A program made the translations under genes and the position numbers. A stretch of 64,000 nucleotides of DNA, taken from Octopus vulgaris. Its lineage: Eukaryota. Shown here in pieces: positions 1 through 12,200 of this stretch. The stretch is taken from contig OX597814.1 in the NCBI GenBank assembly GCA_951406725.2, positions 208,878,001 through 208,942,000 of the forward strand, in the 5' to 3' direction. Under the pieces are notes generated by a model that saw only the letters and a program-made list of their open reading frames with translations, was not told the origin of the DNA and did no database searches. Position 1 is the first letter of the stretch. Each line of letters starts with the position of its first letter.

Positions 1-240
1 GTAGGGGGACATGGAGTTATGTACAGGGTGGTGTTCATGTAAAGAGTTTAGGACACTTGTGGTCAAAGGAGACTTTGAACCGAGCAGTCGTTGGCATCTT
101 CACCATCTCATCCGGCAGCTTATTCCATGGATCCGCAACCCAGACGGAGAAAGCCCCTCTCCTTCGATTGAGATGAAATCATCACAGATAGAGCTTTTCG
201 GAATGACCCCGCAGCCGACGCTCTGGAGCAGGAGTATAAC
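1..240 (-). mobile_element. CR1-clade LINE 3' fragment (ORF2 C-terminus, degraded)
   Basis: Minus-strand translation RLRGHSEKLYL..FHLNRRRGAFSVWVADPWNKLPDEMV...FK matches the CR1 ORF2 C-terminal motif RGH..KL...R..FFS.RV...WN.LP; contains stops. Confidence 0.8.
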
Positions 241-444
241 TATTGCTTTATTATAATAGTTATTGCTTTATTGGCATATCAAATGCCATATTGGAATTCT
301 GCCTTTTAAAATTCATACCTTTCACTTTTCATAAGGCAGAAATAAGTAGAAAATCCATTTGTTGCTACGAGTTAGGTCAGAAGTTTGGAGATGAAATAAA
401 GTAACTTAAAAACGCCTGCTCCAATGCATAATAGATTCAGAAAC

Positions 445-800
445 TCATCATCATCATCATTGTTCGACTGTGGTCGAGACAATGGAATTTACCATGCTAC
501 GCCAGACTTCATGGTCCATCTTGGCATTACGGAGGTCCTGTTGCTGGATGCCTGTATCCCTGGAGATTACATCAGGGTAGGAGAGTGTGCGCCCTCTGGT
601 ATTGCGAGTAGATAGCTTCCAGAGGAGAAGAGTAGAAATTACCTCTTTTTCAGCTCTACAACAATGTCCAGCAAACTGGACTCTCCTACCTTTCACAAGA
701 GATGACACAGGTGGTAGTTTCCCATATATTTGCATTTTGGTTGGATGGCGCTTCCACGAGAGATTTTGAGCTCTCATAAGGAGGCGAGTGTAGGTTCCAC
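445..800 (-). mobile_element. RTE-clade LINE, 5'-truncated 3' end
   Basis: ORF 457-777 (RRVQFAGHCCRA...DLRNAKMDHEVWRSMV) followed by a (TGA)n tail; close copy at 8318-8697. Confidence 0.85.
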
Positions 801-1030
801 AAACTCAGGAATTTATAGCTTGAGTGAATACAATACCTTTCAGTTACAGAAAGAAATGTAGTATCTGGTTTTTCTGAGGGAAGAGAATTTGGAATTAGCT
901 CTTCAGTTTTCTTATCCAATTAAAGAATGTGCTCAGAAAATTTGGCACCTAACTTATTCTTGATAGCTTGGTGATTTTTGTGCATGCAGAATTAACAACC
1001 TTACCCAAATATACGATAGATAGATTGAAA

Positions 1031-1410
1031 TTAACCCTTTGACATTCACATTAATTTGTCAAAAATACAATCACGGAGTGGTTGGCATTAGAAAGGGCAT
1101 CCAGCTGTAGAAAAACTGCCAGATCAGACTGGAGCCTGGTGCAGCCTTCTGGCTTCCCAGATCCCCGGTCGAACCGTCCAACCCATGCTAGCGCGGAAAA
1201 CAGACGTTAAACGATGATGATGATGATGAATGCTTATTTATCCATATTATTTTGAATTAATTGGGCATTTTTTTTGTAATTTTTAGTTTGATGAAGTAAC
1301 TGTTAATTCTTAGAATGGTAATGTAGGGTTGGTGTGAGAGGCCAGATCCGACCAGTTTGAACATAAAACAGAATATTTTGGGTGGATATGGCTGGTTTAA
1401 ATGCTGATGG
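1031..1410. mobile_element. TTAA-CCC (piggyBac-type) MITE, interrupted by an RTE 3'UTR fragment at ~1070-1228
   Basis: Starts TTAACCCTTT; internal similarity to the intact MITE at 3654-3868; the insert ends in (GAT)n. Confidence 0.55.
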
Positions 1411-1644
1411 TAGCCTTGAACATAATCTTCTTGATTACATAGCCTTTGCAGTTGAATGATGTACCTCACTGAGAGGAAACTGATGCAGTTCAGAGGATCA
1501 CCATCTTTATTATTCAGCTCCTTAGCTTGGTGTTTTGTTGTCGTCATTGTCATCAGCAGATCAGCATATTTATCATTCAACTACATAGCCTATTAGTCTT
1601 TTGGCATCATCATCATCATCATTATCATCATCATCACTACCATA

Positions 1645-1803
1645 GGGGCAGGTGTGGCAGTGTGGTAAGAAGCTTGCTTCCTGACCACAAGGTTCCAGGA
1701 TCAGTCTCACTGTGTGGCACCTTGGGAAAGTGTCTTCTACAATAGACTTAAGCTGACCAAATTCTTGAGTAGATTTGGTAGATGGAAACTGAAAGAAACC
1801 TGT

Positions 1804-1869
<66 letters not shown>

Positions 1870-2112
1870 TACACATACACACGTGTGTGTCTGCTTGCAT
1901 CTGCATTTGTCCCACCACCACCACCACCACCACCGCTTGATAACCAGTGTTGGTGTGTTTATGTCCCTGTGACTTAGTACTTAAGCAAGAGAGTACTTAA
2001 GCAAAATAAATCCCAAGCTTAATAAAAAATAAGTACTGGTGGCGATTAATTCTTCAAGGTGTTGCCCCAGCATGGCCGCAGTCTAATTACTGAAACAAAC
2101 AAAAGTTAAAAG
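1645..2112 (+). mobile_element. tRNA-headed SINE, family A (diverged copy)
   Basis: A/B-box-like head, internal (TG)/(TA) microsatellite and tail shared with about 20 copies in the window. Confidence 0.8.
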
Positions 2113-2202
2113 ATCATCATCATCATCACTGCTACACGATACTTCTGCTTGCTTTATTCATCAGTAGCTTAATATTGTTGGAAGTGTTGTGAGGGGATAG
2201 AA

Positions 2203-2435
2203 TTCCTATTTCTTTATTACCCACAAGGGGCTAAACATAGAGGAGACAAACAAGGACAGACATAGGTATTAAGTCGATAACATCGACCGCAATGCGTAAC
2301 TGGTACTTAATTTATCGACCCCGAAAGGATGAAAGGCAAAATCGACCTCGGCAGAATTTGAACTCACAACGTAACGGCAGACAAAATACCGCTAGGCATT
2401 TCGTCCGGTGTGCTAACATTTCTGCCAGCTCACCG
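2203..2435 (-). mobile_element. SINE family B
   Basis: Reverse-complement match to 2612-2845, 14225-14460 and 48635-48862. Confidence 0.85.
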
Positions 2436-2611
2436 TTGATTTATACTAGTTTTGAGATCTCTTGCTGAGAATGTACTGAAGTGGTTTGATGTTGCCTATT
2501 TTGGTTCTAATGCTCATAGGAGAACATCAACTCAGCAGTGCATGTTAAATCAAAGCACTTGTTAATTGTATAGAACAGCCATTGCTTAGGGGTAAGCCAT
2601 ATCATCTACCC

Positions 2612-2845
2612 AAAGGCGGCGAGCTGGCAGAAACGGTAGCACGCCGGGCGAAATGCGAAGCCGTATTTCGTCTGCCGTTACGTTGCGAGTTCAAATTCCG
2701 CCGAGGTCGACTTTACCTTTCATCCTTTCGGGGTCGATAAATTAAGTACCAGTTACGCACTGGGGTCGATGGAATCGACTTAATCCCTTTGTCTGTCCTT
2801 GTTTGTCCCCTCTGTGTTTAGCCCCTTGTGGGTAGTAAAGAAATA
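2612..2845 (+). mobile_element. SINE family B
   Basis: AAGGCGGCGAGCTGGCAGAA head, GTTCAAATTCC B-box, ~235 bp; six full copies in the window. Confidence 0.88.
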
Positions 2846-3653
2846 CATATCATCTACCCATAGTATACAATTCTTTTGACAGCATTGTGGGTTGGGCCTG
2901 TTCTAATTAAGTGTCTTAGTTGTGGATGCTGGAAAGTGCTAGAGATTAAATACAAATCAGTTTTTTTTTTTTGTTTTTTTTTAATTAGTGCTCTGACGAA
3001 CTTATCTTGGTCAGCTGCAGTTCTGCCTCTTTTAGTGAAACTATTAAAATTTCCTTTCTTTCCTATATTATATATTCTTTCAAATTAAGTATCAATTCAA
3101 GAAAGCTACATAATGTTCTTTTTACTTTGAAATGCAAGATATTCTATCTGAACATCAGCAGCAGTAGCTATGGAACTGACAGTAATTCTTGCATGATTCC
3201 AGCCAGGATTTGCTATGTTCTAATAATAATCTGATCAATGTATGATGTTAACCTTGTTGCTCATAATCAACTCCCCCCCTCACCACCACCACCAATAGTT
3301 ATTATGTATGAGTATGAGTCAATGTCAGTTTGAAAGAGAAATCTTTGATTTTTGAGAAAAAGCAGAACTCCAAATGGAATAAATTTCCTGGTATTATTAA
3401 TAACCGTTCGATGATTGATTAGAAAATAACAATATTTATCTATTTTACTGTTATCACATTCAGTTTCTCATACGTACATAGATGATGATGTTGTTTGCTA
3501 TTAATTTGGGTATTTGCTTGTTGTCAGATGAAGCGGTTTTTCCTCGATAATCATTTAATTATGTAGCAGAAATATGTTTAGTCATTAACTGGTTGATCAG
3601 ATTGATGCAACTGAAATGGTGTACATTCTCCAGGGTTTCAAACCAATGTTTAA

Positions 3654-3868
3654 CCCTATAGTGTTCAGATTACTCTGTTAAATGTAATACTTTTTCACTC
3701 AAATTGTTTTGAATTAATCATGCATTACCTTATAGCTTTGAGGTTTCAATGGTGTTCATTTTTAGACTGTCAATGTAGGTTAGGTGTGAGAGGCTAGATA
3801 TGGACAGTTTGAATATAAAATATGTAGAATATATTGGGCCGGATTTTGCCAGTTTAAACACTATAGGG
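3654..3868. mobile_element. piggyBac-type MITE
   Basis: TIR CCCTATAGTGTT/AACACTATAGGG flanked by TTAA on both sides. Confidence 0.85.
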
Positions 3869-4019
3869 TTAATTGTTCAGTGTGGGGGATTTTTTAAAAT
3901 TATGTGTGTGTGTGAGTGTGTGTGTATCAGAGTGATCTGACCCATGCAAGCATAGAAAAGTGGATATTATTTGACAATAATGATGAGGGTGACATATATA
4001 AATGTATGTTTACTTGTGT

Positions 4020-4050
<31 letters not shown>

Positions 4051-4232
4051 TATTATAATCATGGATAATGTTATCAAAATTACTGGGTTCTAAACATGAG
4101 CAGAGTATGGTTATATCTTATGCTTGATACTATCAACTAGTTGTCTAAGTGGCTGCATCTCAAACCTTATATATGTGTGTATAAGGTTTGAGATGCAGTG
4201 TGTATATATATCCACACACACACACACACACA

Positions 4233-4233
<1 letters not shown>

Positions 4234-4277
<44 letters not shown>

Positions 4278-4395
4278 TTAGCGTCCGCTTTCCATGGTTC
4301 AACTGGGGTCTGGGAAGCCAGAAGGCTGCACCAGGCCCAGTCTGATCTGGCAATGTTTCTACGACTGGAAACACTGCCAGATCAGACTGGGCCTG
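4234..4395 (-). mobile_element. RTE 3'UTR fragment with fold-back 5' end
   Basis: (CAT)n tail, conserved UTR sequence, 28-bp inverted arms at 4332-4359 and 4368-4395. Confidence 0.8.
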
Positions 4396-4589
4396 TCATC
4401 AATATTTTGTATTTGCTTTCTATGCTGACATGGGCTGGACAAATCATTACAGTCTGAGTTAGTGCTTATTGGGACCTATTACAGTCATCGCTAGTTCCTG
4501 TATGCGCCATTTATGCCTTAGTCTCTTATTTCTTTACTACCCACAAGGGGCTAAACACAGAAGGGACAAACAAAGACAGACAAACACTA

Positions 4590-4720
4590 CTTTCTCTGTA
4601 AGCTTTCTTATTATTCCACTGCACCTCTTGTATATCCATACCTTGCACTGAGTTCACCGAATGGTATTTCTGTCTACACCTTTTGTACATACTGCGCAGG
4701 ACCTGCCTACAACTTCACGT
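4590..4720 (-). mobile_element. RTE ORF fragment (Cys-rich segment)
   Basis: Translates CAVCTKGVDRNTIR*TQCKVWIYKRCSGI, resembling the Cys-rich insert of some RTE reverse transcriptases. Confidence 0.55.
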
Positions 4721-4769
4721 ATACCACATCTATCCACTAAAGGTGCAGGCTATCAGAAGCACTATCTTT

Positions 4770-5163
4770 GCTCTTTTTACTTGTTTCAGTCATTTGACTG
4801 CGGCCATGCTGGAGCACCGCCTTTAGTTGAGCAAATCGACCCCGGGACTTATTCTTTGTAAGCCCAGTACTTATTCTATCGGTGTCTTTTGCCGAACCGC
4901 TAAGTGACGGGGATGTAAAGACGCCAGCATTGGTTGTCAAGCAATGCTAGGGGGACAAACACAAACACACAAACACATATATATATACATACATATATAC
5001 GACAGGCTTCTTTCAGTTTCCGTCTACCAAATCCACTCACAAGGCATTGGTCGACCCGGGGCTATAGGAGAAGACACTTGCCCAAGGTGCCACGCAGTGG
5101 GACTGAACCCGGAACCATGTGGTTGGTTAGAAAGCTACTTACCACACAGCCACTTCTGCGCCT
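4770..5163 (-). mobile_element. SINE family A
   Basis: Full-length ~390 bp, high identity to the copies at 12575, 25355, 59190 and 61105. Confidence 0.9.
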
Positions 5164-5524
5164 ATATATATAAAGCTTGAAAATCAGACTAACATCTTTT
5201 TATTACAGGTAGTAAGCTGAAACTTCAAAGTTACTTTCAACCTTTTCCTTCTAAATATCCATATAAGTATATGTGTGATAAAATCTTTGGATGTTGTTCT
5301 GAAAATTTCCAAATAAACTGTATGCATTAATTGCTAATTTTAGGACATTATACTGCTCCAATTTATCAATTGTCTAAATTTAGAACTAAGCATGGAGAGG
5401 AATGGCAGTTTTGGTACTGTTTCTTTTGTGGAATCTTCGAGAAAATCTAAGCAATGAACTTGTGGTTTTCAAATTTATTCACATTATGTTTTCTTGTAAG
5501 TAAAAGTAGCAATAGACAATTAAA

Positions 5525-5577
5525 TACACACACACACTCATACATACATACATACATACATACATACATACATACAT

Positions 5578-5608
<31 letters not shown>

Positions 5609-5733
5609 TACATACATACACACACATACATACATACATACATACATACATACATACATACATACACACACACATACATACATACATACATACATATATA
5701 AAGAAACACCTCTTCATACATACATACATACAT

Positions 5734-5768
<35 letters not shown>

Positions 5769-5989
5769 TACATACATATAGAAACACCTCTTCATACATA
5801 CATACATACATACATAAATACATACATACACACACACACACACATACACACATACATACATACACACACACACACACATACATACATACATACATATATA
5901 AAGAAACACCTCTTCATACATACATACATACATACATAAATACATACATACATACATACATACATACATACATACATACATACATACAT

Positions 5990-6020
<31 letters not shown>

Positions 6021-6033
6021 TACATACATACAT

Positions 6034-6064
<31 letters not shown>

Positions 6065-6101
6065 TACATACATACATACATACACACACATACACACACA
6101 T

Positions 6102-6141
<40 letters not shown>

Positions 6142-6172
6142 ACATACATACATAAAGAAACACCTCTTCATC
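5525..6172. repeat. compound (CATA)n/(CA)n microsatellite with four interspersed AGAAACACCTCTTCA units
   Basis: Directly visible; accounts for the HTYI/MYVC pseudo-ORFs. Confidence 0.95.
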
Positions 6173-6967
6173 ATGTTGTGAGAAGTAAGTAAAAACATAA
6201 ACATTTGTCTCTACAAGTAAAACTAAAAATATTGGAGTGCTCTGCTTCTTAAAATAAATCAGCACAGTGCTTGCTGTTCATTTAAAAATTTTTACAGTTA
6301 CTGTTGTGTAAGATTTAAAAAAGAAAAAAAAACCGACCTGATATTGAAAAATCAGCACTTACTAATGAGTACATAGATTGTAAGAGGGTATGATCTTGTA
6401 AAGATAATGTAATTGAGTCAATACTGAAAGTTTGGTTTGGCAACGTTCGTGAAAAGAATGCATCAATTAATGGACTACTGATGCATCAAGAAGCAGAAGA
6501 GTTTGCAAAAGAAATGGTAAAAGAAAATTTCACACCAACTGACGGATGATTGAAGTGAGAGAATAGTGTGTACAAACATGTTTATGGGAAGGAAAAAGTG
6601 CTGTGTTTTTTTTGTTTTAAATTTCTTTCTCAACTGAAGTGTGAAATATTGCTGAATATTCTCCTGAGATTATTTACAATAGATTGCACAAAAATAAAAC
6701 CTGGCTTTATTTTGTGTGGAGTGCTTGAGTTTACATATTTGTTAAGAAATGGAAATGCTAAAAGGAAAGGGATTTAAATTTTTAAAACAGCAAGTGATAT
6801 TTCTTTATCATGTTATTATGAAGGGACATAACCGATACCATCTTATGGTTAGAAAAGTCAAAAATCCTCAGGGCCTTTGGGTGGTCAGAATTTTATCTGT
6901 TCATTACTGTTCTTATTCAAATGTGTGGTTCGCTCAAGTTATTTCTAACAGGTGGTTACTTATATAT

Positions 6968-7345
6968 GAGGGGAGGTGCAATGGCCCAGTGGTTAGGGCA
7001 GCGGACTCGCGGTCATAGGATCGCGGTTTCGATTCCCAGACCGGGCGTTGTGAGTGTTTATTGAGCAAAAACACCTAAAAGCCCCACGAGGCTCTGGCAG
7101 GGTGGTGGTGGCGATCCCTGCTGTACTCTTACACCACAACTTTCTCTCGCTCTTACTTCCTGTTTCTGTTGTACCTGTATTTCAAAGGGCCGGCCTTGTC
7201 ACTCTCTGTGTCACGCTGAATATCCCCGAGAACTACGTTAAGGGTGCACGTGTCTGTGGAGTGCTCAGCCACTTACACGTTAATTTCACGAGCAGGCTGT
7301 TCCGTTGATTCGGATCAACCGGAACCCTCGTCGTCGTAACTTCCA
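6968..7345 (+). mobile_element. tRNA-headed SINE family D
   Basis: TGGCCCAGTGGTTAGGGC A-box and GGTTTCGATTCCC B-box; head shared with 63670-63972. Confidence 0.85.
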
Positions 7346-7858
7346 CCCACTTTTATAGATTTTGGAACGTAAGTAAACAATTGGTTTGTTAGTTGACAAT
7401 TATATGGCATATAAACAGTTTATCATTAAAAAACATCAAAGTAATTTTCTTACCTTCAAACTTTGCTTTGTTATTTCAACCATGTGACTAAGGTGTGAGC
7501 TTTAACTCTTTCATCACCAACTAGCCAGCCTTGTCACTCTCTGTGTCACGCTGAATATCCCCGAGAACTACGTTAAGGGTGCACGTGTCTGTGGAGTGCT
7601 CAGCCACTTACACGTTAATTTCACGAGCAGGCTGTTCCGTTGATTCGGATCAACCGGAACCCTCGTCGTCGTAACTTCCACCCACTTTTATAGATTTTGG
7701 AACGTAAGTAAACAATTGGTTTGTTAGTTGACAATTATATGGCATATAAACAGTTTATCATTAAAAAACATCAAAGTCATTTTCTTACCTTCAAACTTTG
7801 CTTTGTTATTTCAACCATGTGACTAAGGTGTGAGCTTTAACTCTTTCATCACCAACTA
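7189..7858. repeat. 335-bp tandem duplication (7189-7523 / 7524-7858)
   Basis: Two nearly identical copies spanning the SINE 3' half and adjacent pogo sequence. Confidence 0.93.
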
Positions 7859-8317
7859 TCCTGTAGATACTCAAGAATTTTTTTAGCTCATGTCACAAAT
7901 GTGTCTGTACCTGCCCAAAATTGCCTGTTCATCATCATCATTGCCATCAACATTTAATGTCCTTCAGTTGAACATTCCTAATCTTGTGGGCTTGTGGGTT
8001 GGTGCAATATCAGTGCCATTTAATAGCACCTGTGCTGGTATTGCCTCAGAGCACTCACTACACTGTAAAGTGTTTGGCACTTGGAAGGGCATCCAGTCAT
8101 AGAAACCATGCCAAAACAGACACGGAGCCTTGGTAGCTCTTCAGCTGGGCAGCTCCTGTCCAACCCATGCCAACATGGAAAACGTTAAATGATGAATTAT
8201 GATTTCCATGCTGGCATAGTTGGATGGCTTGATAGGAACTGACAAAGCCAGGGGCTGCAACAAGTTCTGTAATCTGTTTTGGCTTGGTTTCTGCAGTGTA
8301 TATTGAGTTCAGAAGTG

Positions 8318-8697
8318 TATAAGAAGCTTGAGAGGCGGTTGAATGGAACTTACACTCGCCTCCTTATGAAAGCTCAAAATCTCTCGTGGAAGCGTCATCC
8401 AACCAAAGTACAAATACATGAGAAGCTACCACCTGTGTCATCTCTTGTGAAAAGTAGGAGAGTCCAGTTTGCTGGACATTGTTGTAGAGCTGAAAACGAG
8501 GCAATTTCTACTCTTCTCCTCCGGAAGCCATCTACTCGCGATACCAGAGGGCGCACACTCTCCTACCCTGATGTAATCTCCAGGGGTACAGGCATCCAGC
8601 AACAGGACCTCCGTAATGCCATGATGGACCGTGAAGTCTGGCGTAGCATGGTAAATTCCATTGTCTCGACCACGGTCGAACAATGATGAATGATGAT
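8318..8697 (+). mobile_element. RTE-clade LINE 3' end
   Basis: ORF 8279-8686 (LERRLNGTYTRLLMKAQNLSW...WRSMVNSIVSTTVEQ*) with a TGA-repeat tail; same family as 445-800. Confidence 0.87.
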
Positions 8698-8821
8698 ATT
8701 GAGTGCTTTTTATGTGGCACCATCACCAGAGCATTTTTATGAGGTATCAGGACTCACACCAACGCCTTTTCTGTGGCACCTTGGTTTTAGGATCCCAATT
8801 CCGTTGTGGTAGGCAGGTCTT

Positions 8822-9063
8822 CTTATTTGTTTACTGCCCACAAGGGGCTACACACAGAGGGGACAAACAAGGACAGACAAACGGATTAAATTTAATTACA
8901 TCGACCCCCAGTGTGTAACTGGTACTTATTTAATCGACCCTGAAAGGATGAAAGGCAAACAAAGTCAACCTCAGTGGAATTTGAACTGAGAACGTAGCGG
9001 CAGACGAAATACTGCTAGGCATTTCACCCGGCGTGCTAATGATTCTTTTAGCCCACTCGCCTT
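8822..9063 (-). mobile_element. SINE family B
   Basis: Reverse-complement match to 2612-2845. Confidence 0.85.
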
Positions 9064-9547
9064 AGGCAGGTCTTCTTGAGTACAGCAATGCACCACATAT
9101 CTCAGGCCTCTGTCATCACATATTTAAATATTAACTTCAGTGCATATCATGTTAGGACATTCATGAAAACACATGATTTTCCCTGCATAAACAAATGAGT
9201 TGCAGTAGCTGACATTATTTGGCATGATATCAGATCTTTGTGAACTATTGGAGATTTGTTTTCACATTCTTTCTGCATTGAATTACTGAAAACTTTTGAT
9301 ACTGATGGAAAGTGGATACTAGTTTCATGTCAAATAGTGAATCGGGCTTTGAAGGATTTTCAACAGAAGACAGAGAAAAATCAAATAATGTATATGGTGA
9401 ACACAAAAACTGCATGATGTGTCATTATAAATTGGATATTTCAGTTTCTGAAAGTGAAACTAGTGATTCCAATGATAACTCCAAAAGTGACAAAGAAAAT
9501 AGATTTGTACCTGAATCAAGCAAGAGTTTGAAAATTGTTTTCCTTAA

Positions 9548-10152
9548 CCCTTTCGATACCAACCCGGCTGAAACCGGCTCTGGCTCTGAGTACAAATGTC
9601 CTGTTTTCATAAGTTTTGAATTAAAATCTTTCCACCAAACCTTAGTCACAATTTATGTTCCTAACACTAGATGAATGATAACTAAGTTATTTTACTAAAT
9701 TCTTTGTTATATTTAAAGTAATTGAAAGAAACACAGAGCATCTCAAAATAAATACAGTAACAAAAAGGTTGTAGTGATATTATAACGGTGCGCGCTCGCG
9801 CACCGACCATTTGTATTTCGCGCGTGTTGGTGCCTTTACCAAGGCACAGAAAGGAAGGCCCCTCTCGCGCATGCGCGAACCACCGGAAGCACGACCCTTT
9901 TGCCTACGTAGCAGTTAGCGAGGCAAGGGGGTCGTAAGACGTTGACTACCAGCGTCCAGTCATCGGTGACTTGGGACCCAGCGATTGACGGCGACGGTCA
10001 CGCATATATTCTCTCCATTCGAACTGATTCTAGCAGTCCTTTACCAAAAGGGCTTTAACCGAAAATGTTGCAGACCAACATCGTCTCCATTGTTCTATGC
10101 CATCTTGGACCCTTTCTGTTTTCATCGGCTGGACATTGTAAATATTACAAGG
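9548..10152. mobile_element. piggyBac-type MITE whose right TIR is interrupted by a solo LTR
   Basis: TTAA-CCCTTTCGATAC start; matches the intact copy at 33698-33920; TTAA at 10153-10156. Confidence 0.88.
9770..10149. mobile_element. solo LTR (380 bp)
   Basis: TGTAGT...ATTACA termini, 4-bp TSD AGGT (9766-9769 and 10150-10153), GC/CpG-rich relative to flanks. Confidence 0.85.
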
Positions 10153-10399
10153 TTAATGCTATTTCTAAAGAGACCTGGACCTGGTCAAAAATCTAATGGC
10201 TTTGTCTCTGAGGAGACGAAACAGCTAGATTAATTTTTTAATCTTTTCTTCTTAGTTTATTCAAAACAATTACAAAATTTTTTGCAGAAACAAATCATTA
10301 TGCTTATTATAAACAAAGAAATAAAAAAGATAGTTTGTGTTTCCCACATATTTAGATGACATCCAAGCATTTTCTGCAATTAATATTATTATGGGTATA

Positions 10400-10561
10400 A
10401 GCGCAGGAGTGGCTGTGTGGTAAGTAGCTTGCTTACCAACCACACGGTTCCAGGTTCAGTCCCACTGCATGGCAGCTTGGGAAAGTGTCTTCTACTATAG
10501 CCTCGGGCCGACCAAAGCCTTGTGAGTGGATTTGGTAGACGGAAACTGAAAGAAGCCTGTC

Positions 10562-10600
<39 letters not shown>

Positions 10601-10681
10601 TAATAATAAAAGGGTGAAATTAATTAATTAGGGATAATTATCAATTACACCAAGTAGATTTCGGTATGTAAAATTACTTAG

Positions 10682-10718
<37 letters not shown>

Positions 10719-10937
10719 GTGTGTGTTTGTGTGTCTATGTTTGTCCCACCAACATCGCTTGACAACCGATGCTGGTGTGTTTACGTCCCCGTTACTTAGC
10801 GGTTCGGCAAAAGAGACCGATAGAATAGGTACTAGGCTTACAAAGAATAAGTCCTGGGGTCGATTTGCTCGACTAGAAAGGTGGTGCTCCAGCATGGCCG
10901 CAGTCAAATGACTGAAACAAGTAAAAGAGTAAAAGAG
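10400..10937 (+). mobile_element. SINE family A with an ~80-bp insert in its (TA)n
   Basis: Full-length match, flanked by a GTATAAG duplication. Confidence 0.9.
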
Positions 10938-11805
10938 TATAAGAAAGTGATCCAGAATTACAAAATACTGGAGCAGCGATGAACCTTTCAGGGTCCTCTT
11001 GTTTCCAGAATTATGATGAGGACCTGATGTTTAAAATGATCACACAGGAGTACACCAGTATGTAGAAAACTAAACTTTGAACCCTTATTTAAAATAAAAC
11101 TCCTCAATAACTGCATTTAAAATGCTCATCAAACATTCTACAAACAGGGAGATACCTCTCCTTCAATAAGGGCATAATGAGTTACAAAGGTCAAATACAT
11201 TATCCAGCAGTACATGCCTTGAAAATCCACTTCATGGGGGGAATCAAAATTTGGAAGATTTGTGAAGCAAATACTGGGTACTGCTGTGCATTCAGTTTTT
11301 ATATGAAGAAAAGGGACAATAATGTAAGCCATCATGGCCTAGGGTATGATGTGGTCTGGAATGTATCACTCTCATATCATAACCAGGGCTGTTCTTAAAT
11401 TTTTTTCCACTGGTTTTTCAGTTTGGTCAAACCTGTGGTAGATTTAGAGGCTGTGGCAACTTATACATGTGCTACAGTAGTTGCTAGTAGGAATGGGATA
11501 CCCTTGGATATAAAAAAAAAGCAGAATTTAAATAAAGAAGTGAAATAATCCAATGGCAGAAAGGAAACTTGCTGGTAGCACATACGAAGATAAGATGCAA
11601 GTCAGTTTCCTATCGACATCTGCATAGCCACATGTTGATGAAAATAGCACCCCGTTGTTAACTTTGACTGTAATCATGCAAATGGGTGGTATTGATTGGC
11701 TGAATCAAATGGTTATTACCAGTTGGTAGGCCTGGTATTAAATGGTGGCAATACCTAGGTTTGGTATATAGTAAATTTGGGTATTGTTAATGCATTTATA
11801 TACTA

Positions 11806-12200
11806 CTAGCAGTATCGCCTGGCGTTGCTCGGGTTTGTAAGGGAAATAACTATATAAGCATTTTTAGAGATGTAAAGTATAATAGCCATCTCAATATGGC
11901 TAACCACAAAGGTGGGTGTTACTGTAGCTTTTTACATTCTGAGATTTAATAATACATTTTTAGAGAGTTACTTCCCTTATATATGCCAAAAATGCATTAA
12001 AAATGGGAAAAATTGATGGTAAATTTTTTTTTAAATCGTAGACTCATCGTAGACGCGCGCTAATACCCAGAAGGGCTCGATATGAATCGCGACTATAAGA
12101 TACCCGGTTTTGGTTAAACTGCACCGCAAAATGTGGGAGTAGTTAGGAATCTAAATCGTAGGAGACAGACAGCACACAACCTCACTTTTATATATAAAGA
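11806..12200 (-). mobile_element. non-autonomous Helitron
   Basis: On the minus strand: 5' TC, 3' GC-rich hairpin then CTAG, inserted between A and T, no TSD. Ends shared with 23231-23600 and 53620-54001. Confidence 0.8.

Larger units (their letters stand above)
6250..7858 (+). pseudogene. pogo/Tigger-type transposase remnant (CENP-B HTH + DDE)
   Basis: IESILKVWFGNVREKNASINGLLMHQEAEEFAKEMVKENFTPTDG*L (CENP-B-type HTH), then LLVDN and LKNIKVIFLPSN..LFQPCD*GV (pogo DDE). Frameshifts, stops and a SINE insertion. Confidence 0.85.

Noticed and set aside
2990-3050. CTGACGA...GAAAC hammerhead candidate
   Set aside because: Stems I and III do not pair.
4934-5180. Recurrent ORFs MSSNARGTN.../MLGGQTQ... 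as a gene family
   Set aside because: They are antisense readings of SINE family A with non-ATG or variable starts and frame changes at the internal microsatellite.
5447-6265. Long ORFs (MYVC/HTYI repeats)
   Set aside because: Translations of microsatellites; the same applies to the poly-I, poly-Y and YI ORFs at 37.5-39.3 kb and 41.4-41.9 kb.
6968-7050. tRNA gene
   Set aside because: tRNA-like head of a SINE; it continues into SINE body and has no proper acceptor stem or terminator.
9312-9674. 120-aa ORF as a functional gene
   Set aside because: Chimera of the piggyBac acidic N-terminus and MITE sequence.
10203-10232. Hammerhead-like CTGAGGAGACGAAACAG
   Set aside because: Only 3 nt between the boxes (no stem II), and it lies in the piggyBac reading frame.
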